From contig JAPPHZ010000035.1 of assembly GCA_028820935.1 (NCBI GenBank), forward strand, positions 50,747 to 114,746: a DNA stretch of 64,000 nt, written 5' to 3'. The notes beneath the pieces are model-generated. The model worked only from the letters and a program-made list of their open reading frames with translations. It had not been told where the DNA came from and made no database searches. This DNA comes from a bacterium (GTDB lineage Bacteria > Actinomycetota > Acidimicrobiia > Spongiisociales > Spongiisociaceae). A program made the position numbers and the translations under genes. Shown piece after piece: positions 9,995-19,514 of the stretch. Numbering within the stretch: position 1 is the first letter of the stretch; every line of letters begins with the position of its first letter.

Positions 9995-10027
9995 GGTCTG
10001 TCAAATGTACCGATCTCGATACCCTGC

Positions 10028-10117
10028 GGCTAGTAGTAGCTAGGTGCCGGTTGCTAGTTGCTCGTGACTAGTTGTATATAATGACTAGCAACTATAGACT
10101 AGCCGACTAGAGACTAA
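10028..10117. repeat. low-GC CTAG-rich spacer (copy A), between pafB start and pafA stop
   Basis: Sequence ggctagtagtagctaggtgccggTTGCTAgttgctcgtgactagttgTATATAATgactagcaactatagactagccgactagagactaa. It carries 9 CTAG tetramers in about 90 bp, inside a genome where CTAG is otherwise almost absent. Confidence 0.8.
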
Positions 10118-11473
10118 TCATAGGCCGGCGATCAGGCGTTCCACCCGCTCGTCTGAGGCCTTGAAGGGGTCCTTGCATAGCACGGTCCGCTGGGCCTGGT
10201 CGTTCAGCTTCAGGTGGACCCAGTCCACCGTGTAGTCGCGGTTGCGGGCCTTCGCAGCGGCGATGAACCGCCCCCGCAGCCGGGCGCGGGTGGTCTGGGG
10301 GGGCTTCTCCTTGGCGATGGCGATGGCGGCGTCCGTCACGAGGCGGTCCACGACACCCCGCCGGGCCAGCAGGTAGTAGAGGCTCCGCTCCTCCGTCACA
10401 TCGTGGTAGCTGAGGTCCAACAACTGGACCCGGGCGTCGGAGAGCGCCAGGTCGTAGCGGGCCCGGTAACGCTCGATGAGGTGGTACTTGGTAACCCAGT
10501 CGACCTGGCGCTCGAGAGAGAAAGGGTCCTTCTCGAGGCCGGTGAGCAGGTGCTCCCACATCTCGACGGCTCGCTGTACCGAGGGGGGGAAGCCGGGGTT
10601 CCGGGCGTACCGGATGATCCGGTCCAGGTATTCCCACTGGATGTCGAGGGCCGACAGCATCCGGCCGTTGGCAAGGCGTACCGGTTGCCGGCAGGTCGGG
10701 TCCTGGCTGATCTCCCGGATGGCCCGGATGGGGTTGGCCAGGGTCAGGTCCCGGAACATCACGTCGGCTTCGATCATCTCCAGAAGCGCAACGGTTGCGC
10801 CCACCTTGACGTAGGTGGCGTACTCGTTCATGTTGGAGTCGCCGGCGATCACATGGAGTCGCCGGAACCGCTCGGCATCCGCGTGGGGCTCGTCACGCGT
10901 GTTGATGATGGGTCGCGACCGCGTCGTGGCCGAGGAGACCCCTTCCCAGATGTGGTCGGCGCGTTGCGAGATCGAGAAGGTGGGCCCCTTGGCAGTCTGG
11001 AGGAGCTTGCCCGCTCCCGAGAAGATCTGGCGGCTCACCAGGAACGGTATGAGGATCTCCAGCATCTTCTGGAAGTCCGCCTTGCGGAGTACCAGGTAGT
11101 TCTCGTGGCACCCGTAGGAGTTGCCGGCCGAGTCGGTGTTGTTCTTGTAGAGGAAGATGTTCCCCCGGATACCGTCGTTCCGGAGGCGTTGCTCGGCGGA
11201 ACGCTGCAAATCTTCCAGGACCCGCTCGCCGGCCTTGTCGTGGGCTACCAGATCGAGGAGGTCGTCGCACTCCGGTGTGGCGTACTCAGGATGGCTGCCC
11301 ACGTCCAGATAGAGCCGAGCCCCGTTCTCCAGGAACACGTTCGAGGACCGGCCCCACGTCACGACCCCCCGGAACAGGATGCGGGCCACCTCGTCGGGAC
11401 TGAGGCGGCGCTGACCTCGAAGCGTGCACGTGATCCCGAACTCGTTCTCGAGACCGAAGATGCGCCGTTCCAT
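10118..11473 (-). CDS. pafA: Pup--protein ligase PafA
   Basis: 451 aa, [16 protein letters not shown]..., carboxylate-amine ligase fold, paralogous to Dop. Confidence 0.95.
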   Translation of the reverse strand: MERRIFGLENEFGITCTLRGQRRLSPDEVARILFRGVVTWGRSSNVFLENGARLYLDVGSHPEYATPECDDLLDLVAHDKAGERVLEDLQRSAEQRLRNDGIRGNIFLYKNNTDSAGNSYGCHENYLVLRKADFQKMLEILIPFLVSRQIFSGAGKLLQTAKGPTFSISQRADHIWEGVSSATTRSRPIINTRDEPHADAERFRRLHVIAGDSNMNEYATYVKVGATVALLEMIEADVMFRDLTLANPIRAIREISQDPTCRQPVRLANGRMLSALDIQWEYLDRIIRYARNPGFPPSVQRAVEMWEHLLTGLEKDPFSLERQVDWVTKYHLIERYRARYDLALSDARVQLLDLSYHDVTEERSLYYLLARRGVVDRLVTDAAIAIAKEKPPQTTRARLRGRFIAAAKARNRDYTVDWVHLKLNDQAQRTVLCKDPFKASDERVERLIAGL

Positions 11474-11475
11474 GG

Positions 11476-11580
11476 CCCAATAGGCTAATGACTAGTTTCT
11501 AGTCGCTAGTCAGTATTTACTAGTCAGTAGTTTCTAGGTACTAGCCGTTATCTTATAAGCTTAAACATAACTAGCAACTA
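11476..11580. repeat. low-GC CTAG-rich spacer (copy B), between pafA start and prcA stop
   Basis: Sequence ...aatgactagtttctagtcgctagtcagtatttactagtcagtagtttctaggtactagccgttatcttataagcttaaacataactagcaactagg. On the pafA-sense strand it has TTGCTA, a 16-nt spacer, then TAAGAT, which is promoter-like. Confidence 0.8.
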
Positions 11581-12255
11581 GGAATTCGCTATCTCGCCGA
11601 GTTCTTCCTTGGTCAGGCGGCGGAACCGGCGCGCCGGGCCCTCCCGCGCCAGCAGGGCGCCCTCCCAACCGTCGATGTCGCGGCCCTCGACCTCCCGGAA
11701 CGCGTTGGCGGTGAGGGCCAGAGCCTCGTCCAGGCCGAGGGTGTCCTGGTAGTCCTCCCCCAGCCGGTCGGACAGCTCGTCGGCCTGCCCGCCGATGGCC
11801 GTGTAACCGCGCTTGTCGTACAGCGTGCCGTCGTACGTGACCTTGAACAGGCGGTCCTCGGCAACGGTCCGGCCGACCTCCGCCACCAGCACCTCCACCT
11901 CGAAGGGCTTGGGTCCCTGGACGAATATGTTTCCCAGCGTCTGCGAGAAGGCCGACGCGAGGCTCTTGGCGGTGACGTCGCGGCGCCCGTACTGGTATCC
12001 CTTGATGTCGGCATAGCGGATTCCCGCCACCCGCAATGACTCGAACTCGTTGTACTTGCCCACCCCGGCGAAGGCGATACGGTCGTATATCTCCGAGGTC
12101 TTGGTGAGGGTGCGGCTGGGGTTCTCGGCCAGCAACAGGACCCCCTCCCGAACCTCCAGAGCGGCGATAGACCGGCCTCGGGCAATGCCCTTGCGGGCGT
12201 ACTCGGCGCGGTCCTTGACCAGCTGTTCGGGAGCTACGTAGAACGGAAGGGTCAC
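11578..12255 (-). CDS. prcA: 20S proteasome alpha subunit
   Basis: 225 aa, MTLPFYVAPEQLVKDRAEYARKGIARGRS..., the bacterial PrcA N-terminus. Confidence 0.95.
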   Translation of the reverse strand: MTLPFYVAPEQLVKDRAEYARKGIARGRSIAALEVREGVLLLAENPSRTLTKTSEIYDRIAFAGVGKYNEFESLRVAGIRYADIKGYQYGRRDVTAKSLASAFSQTLGNIFVQGPKPFEVEVLVAEVGRTVAEDRLFKVTYDGTLYDKRGYTAIGGQADELSDRLGEDYQDTLGLDEALALTANAFREVEGRDIDGWEGALLAREGPARRFRRLTKEELGEIANS

Positions 12256-13043
12256 CGGACCACCTCCAAAGCCCGTTCGGCCGCCTCAGCCACTTCGGTC
12301 CGGTCGACTTCCTGGACGCCGTCGGTGGTGACCGTGAACACGTTGGGGTAGATCCCGCGACGCAGGTCGGGACCACCGGTCGCCAGGTCCTGGCCGGCCG
12401 CCGCCACCAGGGCGGCGATGCTGTGGTCGACGGCCTCGGTCCGGTCGGATCCGGGGTTGTACACCGTTCTCAGGTATGCCCTGGCTTCCCGGCTCCCCGA
12501 ACCGGCGGCGCCGAAGTCCCGCTCCTCGTAGCGCCCTCCGATCGCATCGAAGGTGAACACATGCCCGGTCCCGCTCTCGGGCTCGATCCCGCAGAACAGC
12601 GGCACGACTACGAACCCCTGCATGGCCATGGGTAGCTGGGAACGAACCATCCGGGCCAGGTAGGTGGCCTTGCCCTCCAGGCTGAGGCGCACCCCCTCGA
12701 GCTTCTCGTAGTGCTCCAACTCGGTCTGGAAGAGGCGGATCAGCTCGACTCCGAGCCCCGCCGTTCCCGAGATGGCCACGGCCGAGTAGGAATCCGCGGC
12801 GAACACCTTCTGGATGTGGCGATGAGCGATGTCGTATCCGGCGGTCGCCTGGCGATCCCCCACCATCACCACGCCGCCGCCGTAGCGGAGGGCCAGCACG
12901 GTGGTTGCGTCAGGCGGGCGGAAACCGGAGGGCGGGGCGTCCGGGCCCAGTTCCCATTGCGGAGCCAGGTCGAGTGACCTGATCAGTTCGGTGAAGCTGG
13001 CGCCGGGCAGGGGCGCCCCCAGAGGAAGCAGGCTGCCCGTCAC
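12252..13043 (-). CDS. prcB: 20S proteasome beta subunit (propeptide + Thr protease)
   Basis: ...TTVLALRYGGGVVMVGDRQATAG is the Ntn-hydrolase site. GTG start at 13043 in a GTGA overlap with the pup stop. The 339-aa upstream extension overlaps pup and was rejected. Confidence 0.9.
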   Translation of the reverse strand: MTGSLLPLGAPLPGASFTELIRSLDLAPQWELGPDAPPSGFRPPDATTVLALRYGGGVVMVGDRQATAGYDIAHRHIQKVFAADSYSAVAISGTAGLGVELIRLFQTELEHYEKLEGVRLSLEGKATYLARMVRSQLPMAMQGFVVVPLFCGIEPESGTGHVFTFDAIGGRYEERDFGAAGSGSREARAYLRTVYNPGSDRTEAVDHSIAALVAAAGQDLATGGPDLRRGIYPNVFTVTTDGVQEVDRTEVAEAAERALEVVR

Positions 13044-13228
13044 TCGCCGCCCTTTTGCACGTAGTTCTTCACGAACTCCTCGGCGTTCTCCTCGAGCACC
13101 GAATCTATCTCGTCCAGGAGTTCGTCGATCTTGTGTACCCCGCCTTGCGCGGCGACTTGCGGGGATGCCGTAACCGGCTCTGTTACTTCGCCGCGACGGC
13201 GCCGGATCCGCTCTCGTTCCTGTGCCAT
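13040..13228 (-). CDS. pup: prokaryotic ubiquitin-like protein Pup (C-terminal GGE)
   Basis: 62 aa with a good AGGAGG RBS. Sequence MAQERERIRRRRGEVTEPV...KIDELLDEIDSVLEENAEEFVKNYVQKGGE. Because the C-terminus is GGE rather than GGQ, no Dop deamidation is required. Confidence 0.9.
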   Translation of the reverse strand: MAQERERIRRRRGEVTEPVTASPQVAAQGGVHKIDELLDEIDSVLEENAEEFVKNYVQKGGE

Positions 13229-13362
13229 CTTCTCCTCCTAGGACCCCTGGCCGAACCCGGCCATGTTGCAATGCTTCACTTGTCGACCAATCATGCAGGC
13301 GCCGACGACGGGCTTCATAGCGTTCCCGAGCCGACCCTCACCCCTCCGGGAGGATAGGTCTT

Positions 13363-14841
13363 TCAGCACCCTCCGAGAGCGTCCAGGAGCGCGGCTGCGT
13401 CCGGGGCGGAGTCGAGCAGGTCTCCGACCAGAGACTCGTTACCCCGCAAGGGCTCCATCATAGGCACCCGCTTGAGGGAGTCCTCACCCACGTCGAACAC
13501 CAGCGAGTCCCAGTTGGCAGCCACGAGCGCGTCGGGATACTTCTTGACGCATCGTCCCCGGAAGTAGGCGCGGGTTTCGGGAGGTGGTTCCACGGTGGCC
13601 CGCCGCAATTCGGCCTCGTCGAAGATCCTCCGGAGCAGGCCCCGCTCCTCGAGCCGGTATGCCAAGCCCTTGCGGGGATCGGTGTCGTGGTACTGGAGCG
13701 CGGCCATGGCCAGCTTGGGATCGTGCCACTCCAGCTCGTCGCGCCGGCGGAAGGCGCTCAGCATTCGTAACTTGGCGGTCCAGTCGATCCGGTCCGAAGT
13801 GAGCATCGGGTCCCGTTCGAGATCGTTGAGGATGGAACTCCACTCGGTGATGACGTCCGCCCACACCGGTTCCGGATGGTTGGAGGCGGCATACTTCGAC
13901 AGCCACTCGAGGTAGCGGAACTGGAGCTCGAGAGCGGTGGCGGACGAGCCGTCGGCCATTGGCAGGGGCAGGCTGAGGGAGAGGTCGTGGCTCGATTGCC
14001 AGGTAGCCGATACCGGGTCGGCCAGGGCCAGATCGTCGGGCAGGGCACGGTCCTCGATGGCGGCCAGGAGCAGGGCGGTGGTCCCCAGCTTCACGAACGT
14101 CTGGACCTCCGACATGTTGGCGTCGCCGATGATGACGTGGAACCGCCGGTACCGGGCCGGATCGCCGTGGGGCTCGTCCCTGGTGTTGATGATGGGTCTC
14201 TTGAGCGTGGTCTCCAGGCCGACCTCCTCCTCGAAGAAGTCGGCTCGCTGGCTGATCTGGTAACGCACCGGTGGGCGGCCGTTCTCGGAACCGAGCTTTC
14301 CCGAACCGGTGAAGATCTGGCGGGTCACCAGCCACGTGGTGGCGTAGCGGATCAGGTCGGAGAAGGGCAACTCCCTATCCACCAGGTAGTTCTCGTGATG
14401 GCCGTAGGAGTTGCTCTTACCGTCGCTGTTGTTCTTGTGGACGTACATGTACTCGCCGGGCCGGAGGATCTGGTAGGCCTGGTCCACGGCGGTGGCCACC
14501 ACCCGCTCCCCCGCCTTGTCGTACAGGGCGGCCTGCCACGGGTCGACGCACTCGGGGCTGGAGTACTCGGGATGGGCGTGATCGACGTAGAAGCGGGCGC
14601 CGTTGGTCAGAACCACGTTGACCAGACCGGAATCGGGCTCCGCCAGGCCGTGATCCTCGTGACCCCCGCCCCGAGCGTCCCGGCCCGGGGTCTCCTCGTC
14701 GAAGGACCACCGCACCCGGACGCGGCCCCCCTGGTAGGAGTTGACCACCAGCGAGGAGGCGAGGGTAGGGTTGAAGTCCGGTTGGTTGCGAACCGTGATC
14801 CCGTATTCGGTCTCGGTCCCGATGACTTTGGGGGCTGCCAT
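13363..14841 (-). CDS. dop: depupylase/deamidase Dop
   Basis: 492 aa, MAAPKVIGTETEYGITV..., paralog of PafA, located between arc and pup. Confidence 0.95.
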   Translation of the reverse strand: MAAPKVIGTETEYGITVRNQPDFNPTLASSLVVNSYQGGRVRVRWSFDEETPGRDARGGGHEDHGLAEPDSGLVNVVLTNGARFYVDHAHPEYSSPECVDPWQAALYDKAGERVVATAVDQAYQILRPGEYMYVHKNNSDGKSNSYGHHENYLVDRELPFSDLIRYATTWLVTRQIFTGSGKLGSENGRPPVRYQISQRADFFEEEVGLETTLKRPIINTRDEPHGDPARYRRFHVIIGDANMSEVQTFVKLGTTALLLAAIEDRALPDDLALADPVSATWQSSHDLSLSLPLPMADGSSATALELQFRYLEWLSKYAASNHPEPVWADVITEWSSILNDLERDPMLTSDRIDWTAKLRMLSAFRRRDELEWHDPKLAMAALQYHDTDPRKGLAYRLEERGLLRRIFDEAELRRATVEPPPETRAYFRGRCVKKYPDALVAANWDSLVFDVGEDSLKRVPMMEPLRGNESLVGDLLDSAPDAAALLDALGGC

Positions 14842-14843
14842 GC

Positions 14844-16583
14844 TTACAGGTACTGACCTGCGCCGACCGCCTCGATGGTCCTCGACTCGTCCTCCCCCTC
14901 GATGAGGGTGCGGACGTAGACGATCCGCTCCCCCTTCTTCCCGGAGATCTTGGCCCAGTCGTCCGGGTTGGTGGTGTTCGGGAGGTCCTCGTGCTCACGG
15001 AACTCCTGCTTGATGCCGACCAGCAGGTCCTCGGTGCTGATCCCGCCGGAGTCACCGGCTATCCGCCGCTTGATGGCCGCCTTCTTGGCCCGGCGGACGA
15101 TGTTCTCGATCATGGCGCCCGAGGCGAAGTCACGGAAGTAGAGGATTTCCCGGTCACCGTTCTGGTAGGTGACCTCCAGGAAGCGGTTCTCATCGCTCTC
15201 GGCGTACATCCTGTGCACCACCTGGTCGACCATGCTGTCCACCAGGCAGACCGGATCACCGCCCGCCTCCTCGAGGGCGCCGGCGTCGAACGGGAGGTCG
15301 GTACCGAGGTAGATCTTGAAGATCTGGCGGGCCGCCGACGTGTTGGGACGGGCGATCTTGATCTTCACATCCAGCCTTCCGGGGCGGAGAATGGCCGGAT
15401 CGATGAGGTCTTCCCGGTTGGAGGCGCCGATCACGATCACGTTCTTGATCATCTCCACGCCATCGAGTTCCGAGAGAAGCTGCGGGACGATGGTGGACTC
15501 GACGTCGGATGAGATACCCGTGCCGCGGGTCCGGAAGAGGGAGTCCATCTCATCGAAGAAGACGATCACCGGGACGCCTTCGTCAGACTTCTCCCTGGCA
15601 CGCTGGAAGATCAGCCGGATCTGCCGCTCGGTCTCGCCCACGTATTTGTTGAGAAGCTCCGGGCCCTTGATGTTGAGGAAGTAGGACCGGGCGTCGTCGT
15701 GGCCCGTGCGCCTGGCCACCGCGTCGGCCAGGCTGTTGGCCACCGCCTTGGCGATGAGGGTCTTGCCGCATCCGGGTGGCCCGTAGAGGAGGACCCCCTT
15801 GGGCGCCACCAGACCGTATTCCTCGAACAGGTCCCGGTGAACATACGGAAGCTCCACGGCGTCCTTGATCGCTTCGATCTGCTCGTGGAGTCCGCCCACC
15901 TGGGCGTAGGTGACGTCGGGGACTTCCTCGAGCACCAGTTCCTCCACCTCGGGCCGGATCAGCCTCTCGTAGGCGAGGCCGTGCCGGGGGTCGATGCGAA
16001 CGTGGTCCCCGATCCTCAGGAAGACCCGCTGCAGCGGCCCTGCCAACTCCACTACCCGCTCCTCGTCGGCGTGGGCCATCACCAGCAGCCGGTCGTCGGA
16101 GAGGATCTCCTTGATGGTGACGACCTGACCCTGGCGGTCGAAGTCCCTCACCTCCACGATGTTCATCGAATCGTTCACCAGCACCTGCTGGCCCCGCTGG
16201 AGTTCCTTGATCTCGATGGAGGGCTGGGCGTTCACGCGCATCTGGCGCCCCCCGCTGATCACGTCGACGGTGCTGTCGCTGTTGACACCCAGGACCGTGG
16301 CGAACGGATTGGGGGCGGTGGTGAGCTTGTCCACCTCGGCCCGGAGCATGGCGAGCTGTTCCCGGGCCTCCTCCAGTACTGCGGACAGCTTCTCGTTGCG
16401 CTGGCCGGCCAGGGCGAGCTGGGCCTTGGCTTCGGCCAGACGGCTCTCCAGGAGCCGGACCCGGCGCGGGCCGTCCTGGAGGCGACGGCGCAGAACGGAG
16501 ACCTCTTCCTCCAGCGCGTGCACGGTGCCTCGGAGCGCGTTGATCCGGTGCTCGTATTCGTACGGCATCTGTCGATCAGTCAT
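14844..16583 (-). CDS. arc: proteasome-associated AAA ATPase ARC/Mpa
   Basis: N-terminal coiled coil, an inter-domain, then the AAA module [24 protein letters not shown]. The C-terminus ...GAGQYL matches the Mpa GQYL tail. Confidence 0.95.
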   Translation of the reverse strand: MTDRQMPYEYEHRINALRGTVHALEEEVSVLRRRLQDGPRRVRLLESRLAEAKAQLALAGQRNEKLSAVLEEAREQLAMLRAEVDKLTTAPNPFATVLGVNSDSTVDVISGGRQMRVNAQPSIEIKELQRGQQVLVNDSMNIVEVRDFDRQGQVVTIKEILSDDRLLVMAHADEERVVELAGPLQRVFLRIGDHVRIDPRHGLAYERLIRPEVEELVLEEVPDVTYAQVGGLHEQIEAIKDAVELPYVHRDLFEEYGLVAPKGVLLYGPPGCGKTLIAKAVANSLADAVARRTGHDDARSYFLNIKGPELLNKYVGETERQIRLIFQRAREKSDEGVPVIVFFDEMDSLFRTRGTGISSDVESTIVPQLLSELDGVEMIKNVIVIGASNREDLIDPAILRPGRLDVKIKIARPNTSAARQIFKIYLGTDLPFDAGALEEAGGDPVCLVDSMVDQVVHRMYAESDENRFLEVTYQNGDREILYFRDFASGAMIENIVRRAKKAAIKRRIAGDSGGISTEDLLVGIKQEFREHEDLPNTTNPDDWAKISGKKGERIVYVRTLIEGEDESRTIEAVGAGQYL

Positions 16584-16612
16584 TCGCCCGCCTGAACATT
16601 GCGGGCAGTATA

Positions 16613-16651
16613 CGAGTGGAAGTCCTCTTCATCCGAGTGGAAGTCCTCTTC
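16613..16651. promoter_or_regulatory. tandem 18-bp direct repeats (21-bp period) plus a -10-like hexamer and hairpin upstream of arc
   Basis: cgagtggaagtcctcttc-at-ccgagtggaagtcctcttc. On the arc-sense strand it reads GAAGAGGACTTCCACTCG x2, immediately followed by TATACT and the hairpin gcccgcaatgttcaggcgggc, which lies about 20 nt before the arc ATG. Confidence 0.5.
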
Positions 16652-16671
16652 TCGAACAATCGCATACCCCC

Positions 16672-17550
16672 TCACGGCGCGGTGACGCATCGGGCTGTGG
16701 TCACGAATCCGGTGTGGCCGACCATCCCGTGATCCGGGCGGACCGAGCGGCCCGCGACGTGCCACGTCCGGAGCAGGATCTCGAAGGTCTCGACATCGAC
16801 GAACCGCCCGCTGGATTCCAGAGTGCTGTGGAACCTGTCGAGCTGTGGAACGGTGGGGACGTAGCCGGCCACCAGACCGCCGGGTCGTAGGGTCTCGGCC
16901 GTGGCCGGGATGACCTGCCAGGGCTCCGCCAGGTCCAGGACGAGGCGATCGTGCTCGACCTCGGCCGCGATCTCACGGACATCACCCACCCGAAGGTCAA
17001 GGTGGTCGGGAATCGATCCGAAATAGCGTTCGATGTTGGCCCGCCCGCGGGCGGCGTGATCCTCGCGGAGCTCGCACGAGATCACCCGGCCGGTCGGGCC
17101 CACCGCCCGGACCAGGGCCAGAGTGGCGGCGCCGGAGCCCGTGCCGGCTTCCACCACGGTGGCGCCGGGGCGGATGTCGGCATACACGAGGATCGGTCCG
17201 AGATCCTTCGGGTACACCACCTGCGGCCCGCGCCGCATCTTGAGTACGTAATCGGCCAGGCGGGGCCGGACACCTATCAAGGGCGCGCCGTTGGAGGATG
17301 TGAACCTGGTCCCCTCAGGCCGGCCGATGATGTCGGCGTGGGCAAGGCTTCCCCGGTGGTACTGGAACATGCCGGTGGAGCGAAGTCGCAAGAGGTACTT
17401 GCGTCCCTTGTCGTCGAGCAGGAGAGCCGGCTCGCCCTCCCCGAACGGGATTCCCGCCGCCACGACGGTCAAAACCCGAGCGAGGCCAGGCTGGCTACCA
17501 AGGTCAGCACCATGCCGGCCACGGTGACCCAGACCACCACCTTCACCCAT
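16672..17550 (-). CDS. trmI: tRNA (adenine58-N1)-methyltransferase TrmI
   Basis: Class I SAM methyltransferase fold (VVEAGTGSGAATLAL) with a TrmI/Gcd14-like N-terminus. It neighbours arc, as Rv2118c does in mycobacteria. Start uncertain: ATG at 17550 or TTG at 17472. Confidence 0.75.
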   Translation of the reverse strand: MGEGGGLGHRGRHGADLGSQPGLARVLTVVAAGIPFGEGEPALLLDDKGRKYLLRLRSTGMFQYHRGSLAHADIIGRPEGTRFTSSNGAPLIGVRPRLADYVLKMRRGPQVVYPKDLGPILVYADIRPGATVVEAGTGSGAATLALVRAVGPTGRVISCELREDHAARGRANIERYFGSIPDHLDLRVGDVREIAAEVEHDRLVLDLAEPWQVIPATAETLRPGGLVAGYVPTVPQLDRFHSTLESSGRFVDVETFEILLRTWHVAGRSVRPDHGMVGHTGFVTTARCVTAP

Positions 17551-17973
17551 GTGGGCGTCCGCCTCATATGCTCCTCTCCTGGTGCTCCGGCGAGGCGTAT
17601 TTTCGAGTCGTCGTCTCCGCACTCCGAACACCTCTCCGCCAATCTAGTGTCATGAGCCCGCCCGAAGAACGCGAAAACCGACGCCCCAGCAAACGGTTGC
17701 TCCGCCCCGGGCCCTCCCCCGCCACCACCTGTCCTTGGCGTGGGGCGTGTTGGGCCATGCCCGGATTGGAGCCGGGTGTCGGCGGGGCGCTCCCATAAGC
17801 CGGTATGTTCCCTGCGGGCCGGGTCGCTCCGATCGGTAACGCTTGCGTCCGGTGTAGGTGCTTGGCGGTCGGCAACGTATCGCGGACGTGTGACACTTTC
17901 AACCGCTTCGTCGCGGCCGGTGAGCCGGGTGTACCTCCTAGCGGCCACGAGGGCATGGCTAGCCTGGGCGGTG

Positions 17974-18207
17974 ATGATCCGGTTCCTGTCCGCTCGTCGC
18001 GGCGCTCGTTACGTTTTCCAGGGCCTTCGAGAAGGCAAGTGGCCGCTCATCCTGGTAGGTCTCACTGTGCTGGTCACCCAGTTCAACAGGCGTTGGAGGC
18101 CCTACCGCTCGCAGGTGGCGACGGTTCGGGTGAAACCTGGTCAGACCGTCGGTCTCAGGGTCTCCCGGCCCGGCGAGGCGCCGGCGACCTTCCGGGTAGA
18201 CAGTTAG
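17974..18207 (+). CDS. possible small membrane protein (hypothetical)
   Basis: 77 aa, MIRFLSARRGARYVFQGLREGKWPLILVGLTVLVTQFN..., with one predicted TM. It lies in a 580-bp gap with no better candidate, but has a weak RBS and no recognisable family. Confidence 0.2.
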   Translation: MIRFLSARRGARYVFQGLREGKWPLILVGLTVLVTQFNRRWRPYRSQVATVRVKPGQTVGLRVSRPGEAPATFRVDS

Positions 18208-18215
18208 CTGGGCAA

Positions 18216-18408
18216 CTACAGCCGGTGGATCTCGATCCGGGCGCCACGGCGCCGGGCGCGCCTCCGTCCGGCCAGGAAGACGATGGCGAGCGCGCCGGCC
18301 CAGGCCAGCGCGTTTCTCATGGCGGCCGAGCGGACGAAGTCGCCGGTGTCGTTGACGGCTTCCTCGATCTGGTGAGCCTTGGCTTCGATATCGTCACGGG
18401 TGATCACA
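18216..18408 (-). CDS. DUF3618-like small protein (partner of the holin-like gene)
   Basis: About 63 aa from a GTG in a GTGA overlap with the upstream gene's stop. Sequence VITRDDIEAKAHQIEEAVND...ALAWAGALAIVFLAGRRR, with a C-terminal TM. Confidence 0.5.
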
Positions 18409-18709
18409 GGGCTCCCCTGGGTCGGTTGGCCAGCCACATCACGAAGAGAGCCAGCAGGCCGGCCAGCGCCGCGCCGATGAAGTAGCCCAGAACACTCCAC
18501 AGCGCGCTGTCAGGAAGCAGGTCCAGGACCAGTCTCAGCCCTGCGATCGAGAGCATCAGCCAACCCGCCGCGAACAGCAGCCCCGCCAGCAGGCTGAACC
18601 CCGCGAAACGCGCCACCCGGCGCAAGGGCGCCACCGTCTCCTGGGCGAGGTACGCCTTCGACATCTCGAGCAGTTCGGATATCAGCTGGGGGATTTCGGC
18701 TTGCTTCAT
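18404..18709 (-). CDS. actinobacterial 'phage holin family'-like two-TM protein
   Basis: 101 aa, MKQAEIPQLISELLEMSKAYLAQETVAPLRRVARFAGFSLLAGLLFAAGWLMLSIAG..., with two TM helices. It resembles the widespread actinobacterial putative holin-X family, which is usually paired with DUF3618. Confidence 0.6.
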   Translation of the reverse strand: MKQAEIPQLISELLEMSKAYLAQETVAPLRRVARFAGFSLLAGLLFAAGWLMLSIAGLRLVLDLLPDSALWSVLGYFIGAALAGLLALFVMWLANRPRGAL

Positions 18710-18823
18710 GGCGTGGTAATCCGGCAGGGGCGCTCAAGCCTAGTGGTCGGTGGGTATTCCTCAAGGAGATCCGGAATCTCGCCTGAGAGCCCCAGGGCCG
18801 TCCGCAACCCGGAGAGGCGGGCT

Positions 18824-19369
18824 TCATCCCAGCAAGGGCTTGTAGGCCTCCAGGAACTGCTGGTATGTGGCGACTCCCGATCTCTGCCGCTCGATCTCGT
18901 CATCGGTCAGCCGCCTCACCGGCTTGGCCGGGATACCCATGGCGAGGGTCCAGGGCGGGATGACCCGTCCCTCCGGCAGCACCGCCCCGGACGCGAGCCA
19001 GGCGCCCTCACCCAGCTCGGAGCCGGTGAGTGCCATAGAGCCGATCCCGACCAGGCAATGGTCTCCGACCCTCACGCTGTGCAGCACCGCGGCGTGTCCC
19101 ACCGTGGTGTCCCTGCCGACCACACACGGGAAGCCGGGGTCGCAATGCACCACCACATTGTCCTGGAGGTTTGATCCCTCCCCCACCACCACCCGGTCCA
19201 GTTCGGCGCGGATAACCACCCCGAACATGACCACGGCGCGGGCTTCGATCACGGCGTTGCCGTAGATGTGAACGCCCGGCGCCACGAAGGAGTCGGGATG
19301 GATGGAGGGGGATCCCAGGACCACCGGTCCCTCGGGCTCCCCGTGGGTTTGATCGACCCGGGACACGAC
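18824..19369 (-). CDS. gamma-class carbonic anhydrase family protein (hexapeptide repeat)
   Basis: Left-handed beta-helix repeats (IHPDSFVAPGVHIYGNAVIEARAVV...) with a His ligand pattern. The start was placed at a GTG downstream of the tRNA; the 19417 ATG would overlap tRNA-Leu. Confidence 0.7.
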   Translation of the reverse strand, partial: VVSRVDQTHGEPEGPVVLGSPSIHPDSFVAPGVHIYGNAVIEARAVVMFGVVIRAELDRVVVGEGSNLQDNVVVHCDPGFPCVVGRDTTVGHAAVLHSVRVGDHCLVGIGSMALTGSELGEGAWLASGAVLPEGRVIPPWTLAMGIPAKPVRRLTDDEIERQRSGVATYQQFLEAYKPLLG

Positions 19370-19388
19370 CGAAGGATACCTCCAGACC

Positions 19389-19475
19389 GGTGTCGGAGAG
19401 AGGACTCGAACCTCCACGCCCTTGCGGGCACTAGGCCCTCAACCTAGCGCGTCTACCAGTTCCGCCACTCCGACC
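19389..19475 (-). tRNA. tRNA-Leu (anticodon GAG)
   Basis: Reverse complement GGTCGGAGTGGCGGAACTGGTAGACGCGCTAGGTTGAGGGCCTAG...GGTTCGAGTCC...CGACACC. Long variable arm, anticodon loop TTGAGGG. Confidence 0.85.
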
Positions 19476-19514
19476 CGAGCGGGGGCACGAGTATACCCAC
19501 CGCGGGTCCTTTGA

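Noticed and set aside
8127-10004. 625-aa ORF reading as a single large protein across pafB and pafC
   Set aside because: Its N-terminal 310 codons run in a different frame over the well-supported pafB gene and have a low-complexity Arg/Gly-rich composition. The conserved PafC sequence starts at a GTG overlapping the pafB stop.
12252-13271. 339-aa version of prcB overlapping pup
   Set aside because: The extension is Arg/Gly-rich, typical of a high-GC wrong frame, and overlaps the pup gene, which has a strong RBS and conserved sequence. prcB starts at the GTGA overlap with the pup stop.
17469-17567. 32-aa hydrophobic peptide (MRRTPTWVKVVVWVTVAGMVLTLVASLASLGF) upstream of or overlapping the trmI start
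   Set aside because: It overlaps the probable trmI N-terminus. It has no RBS or family support and is probably a frame artefact.
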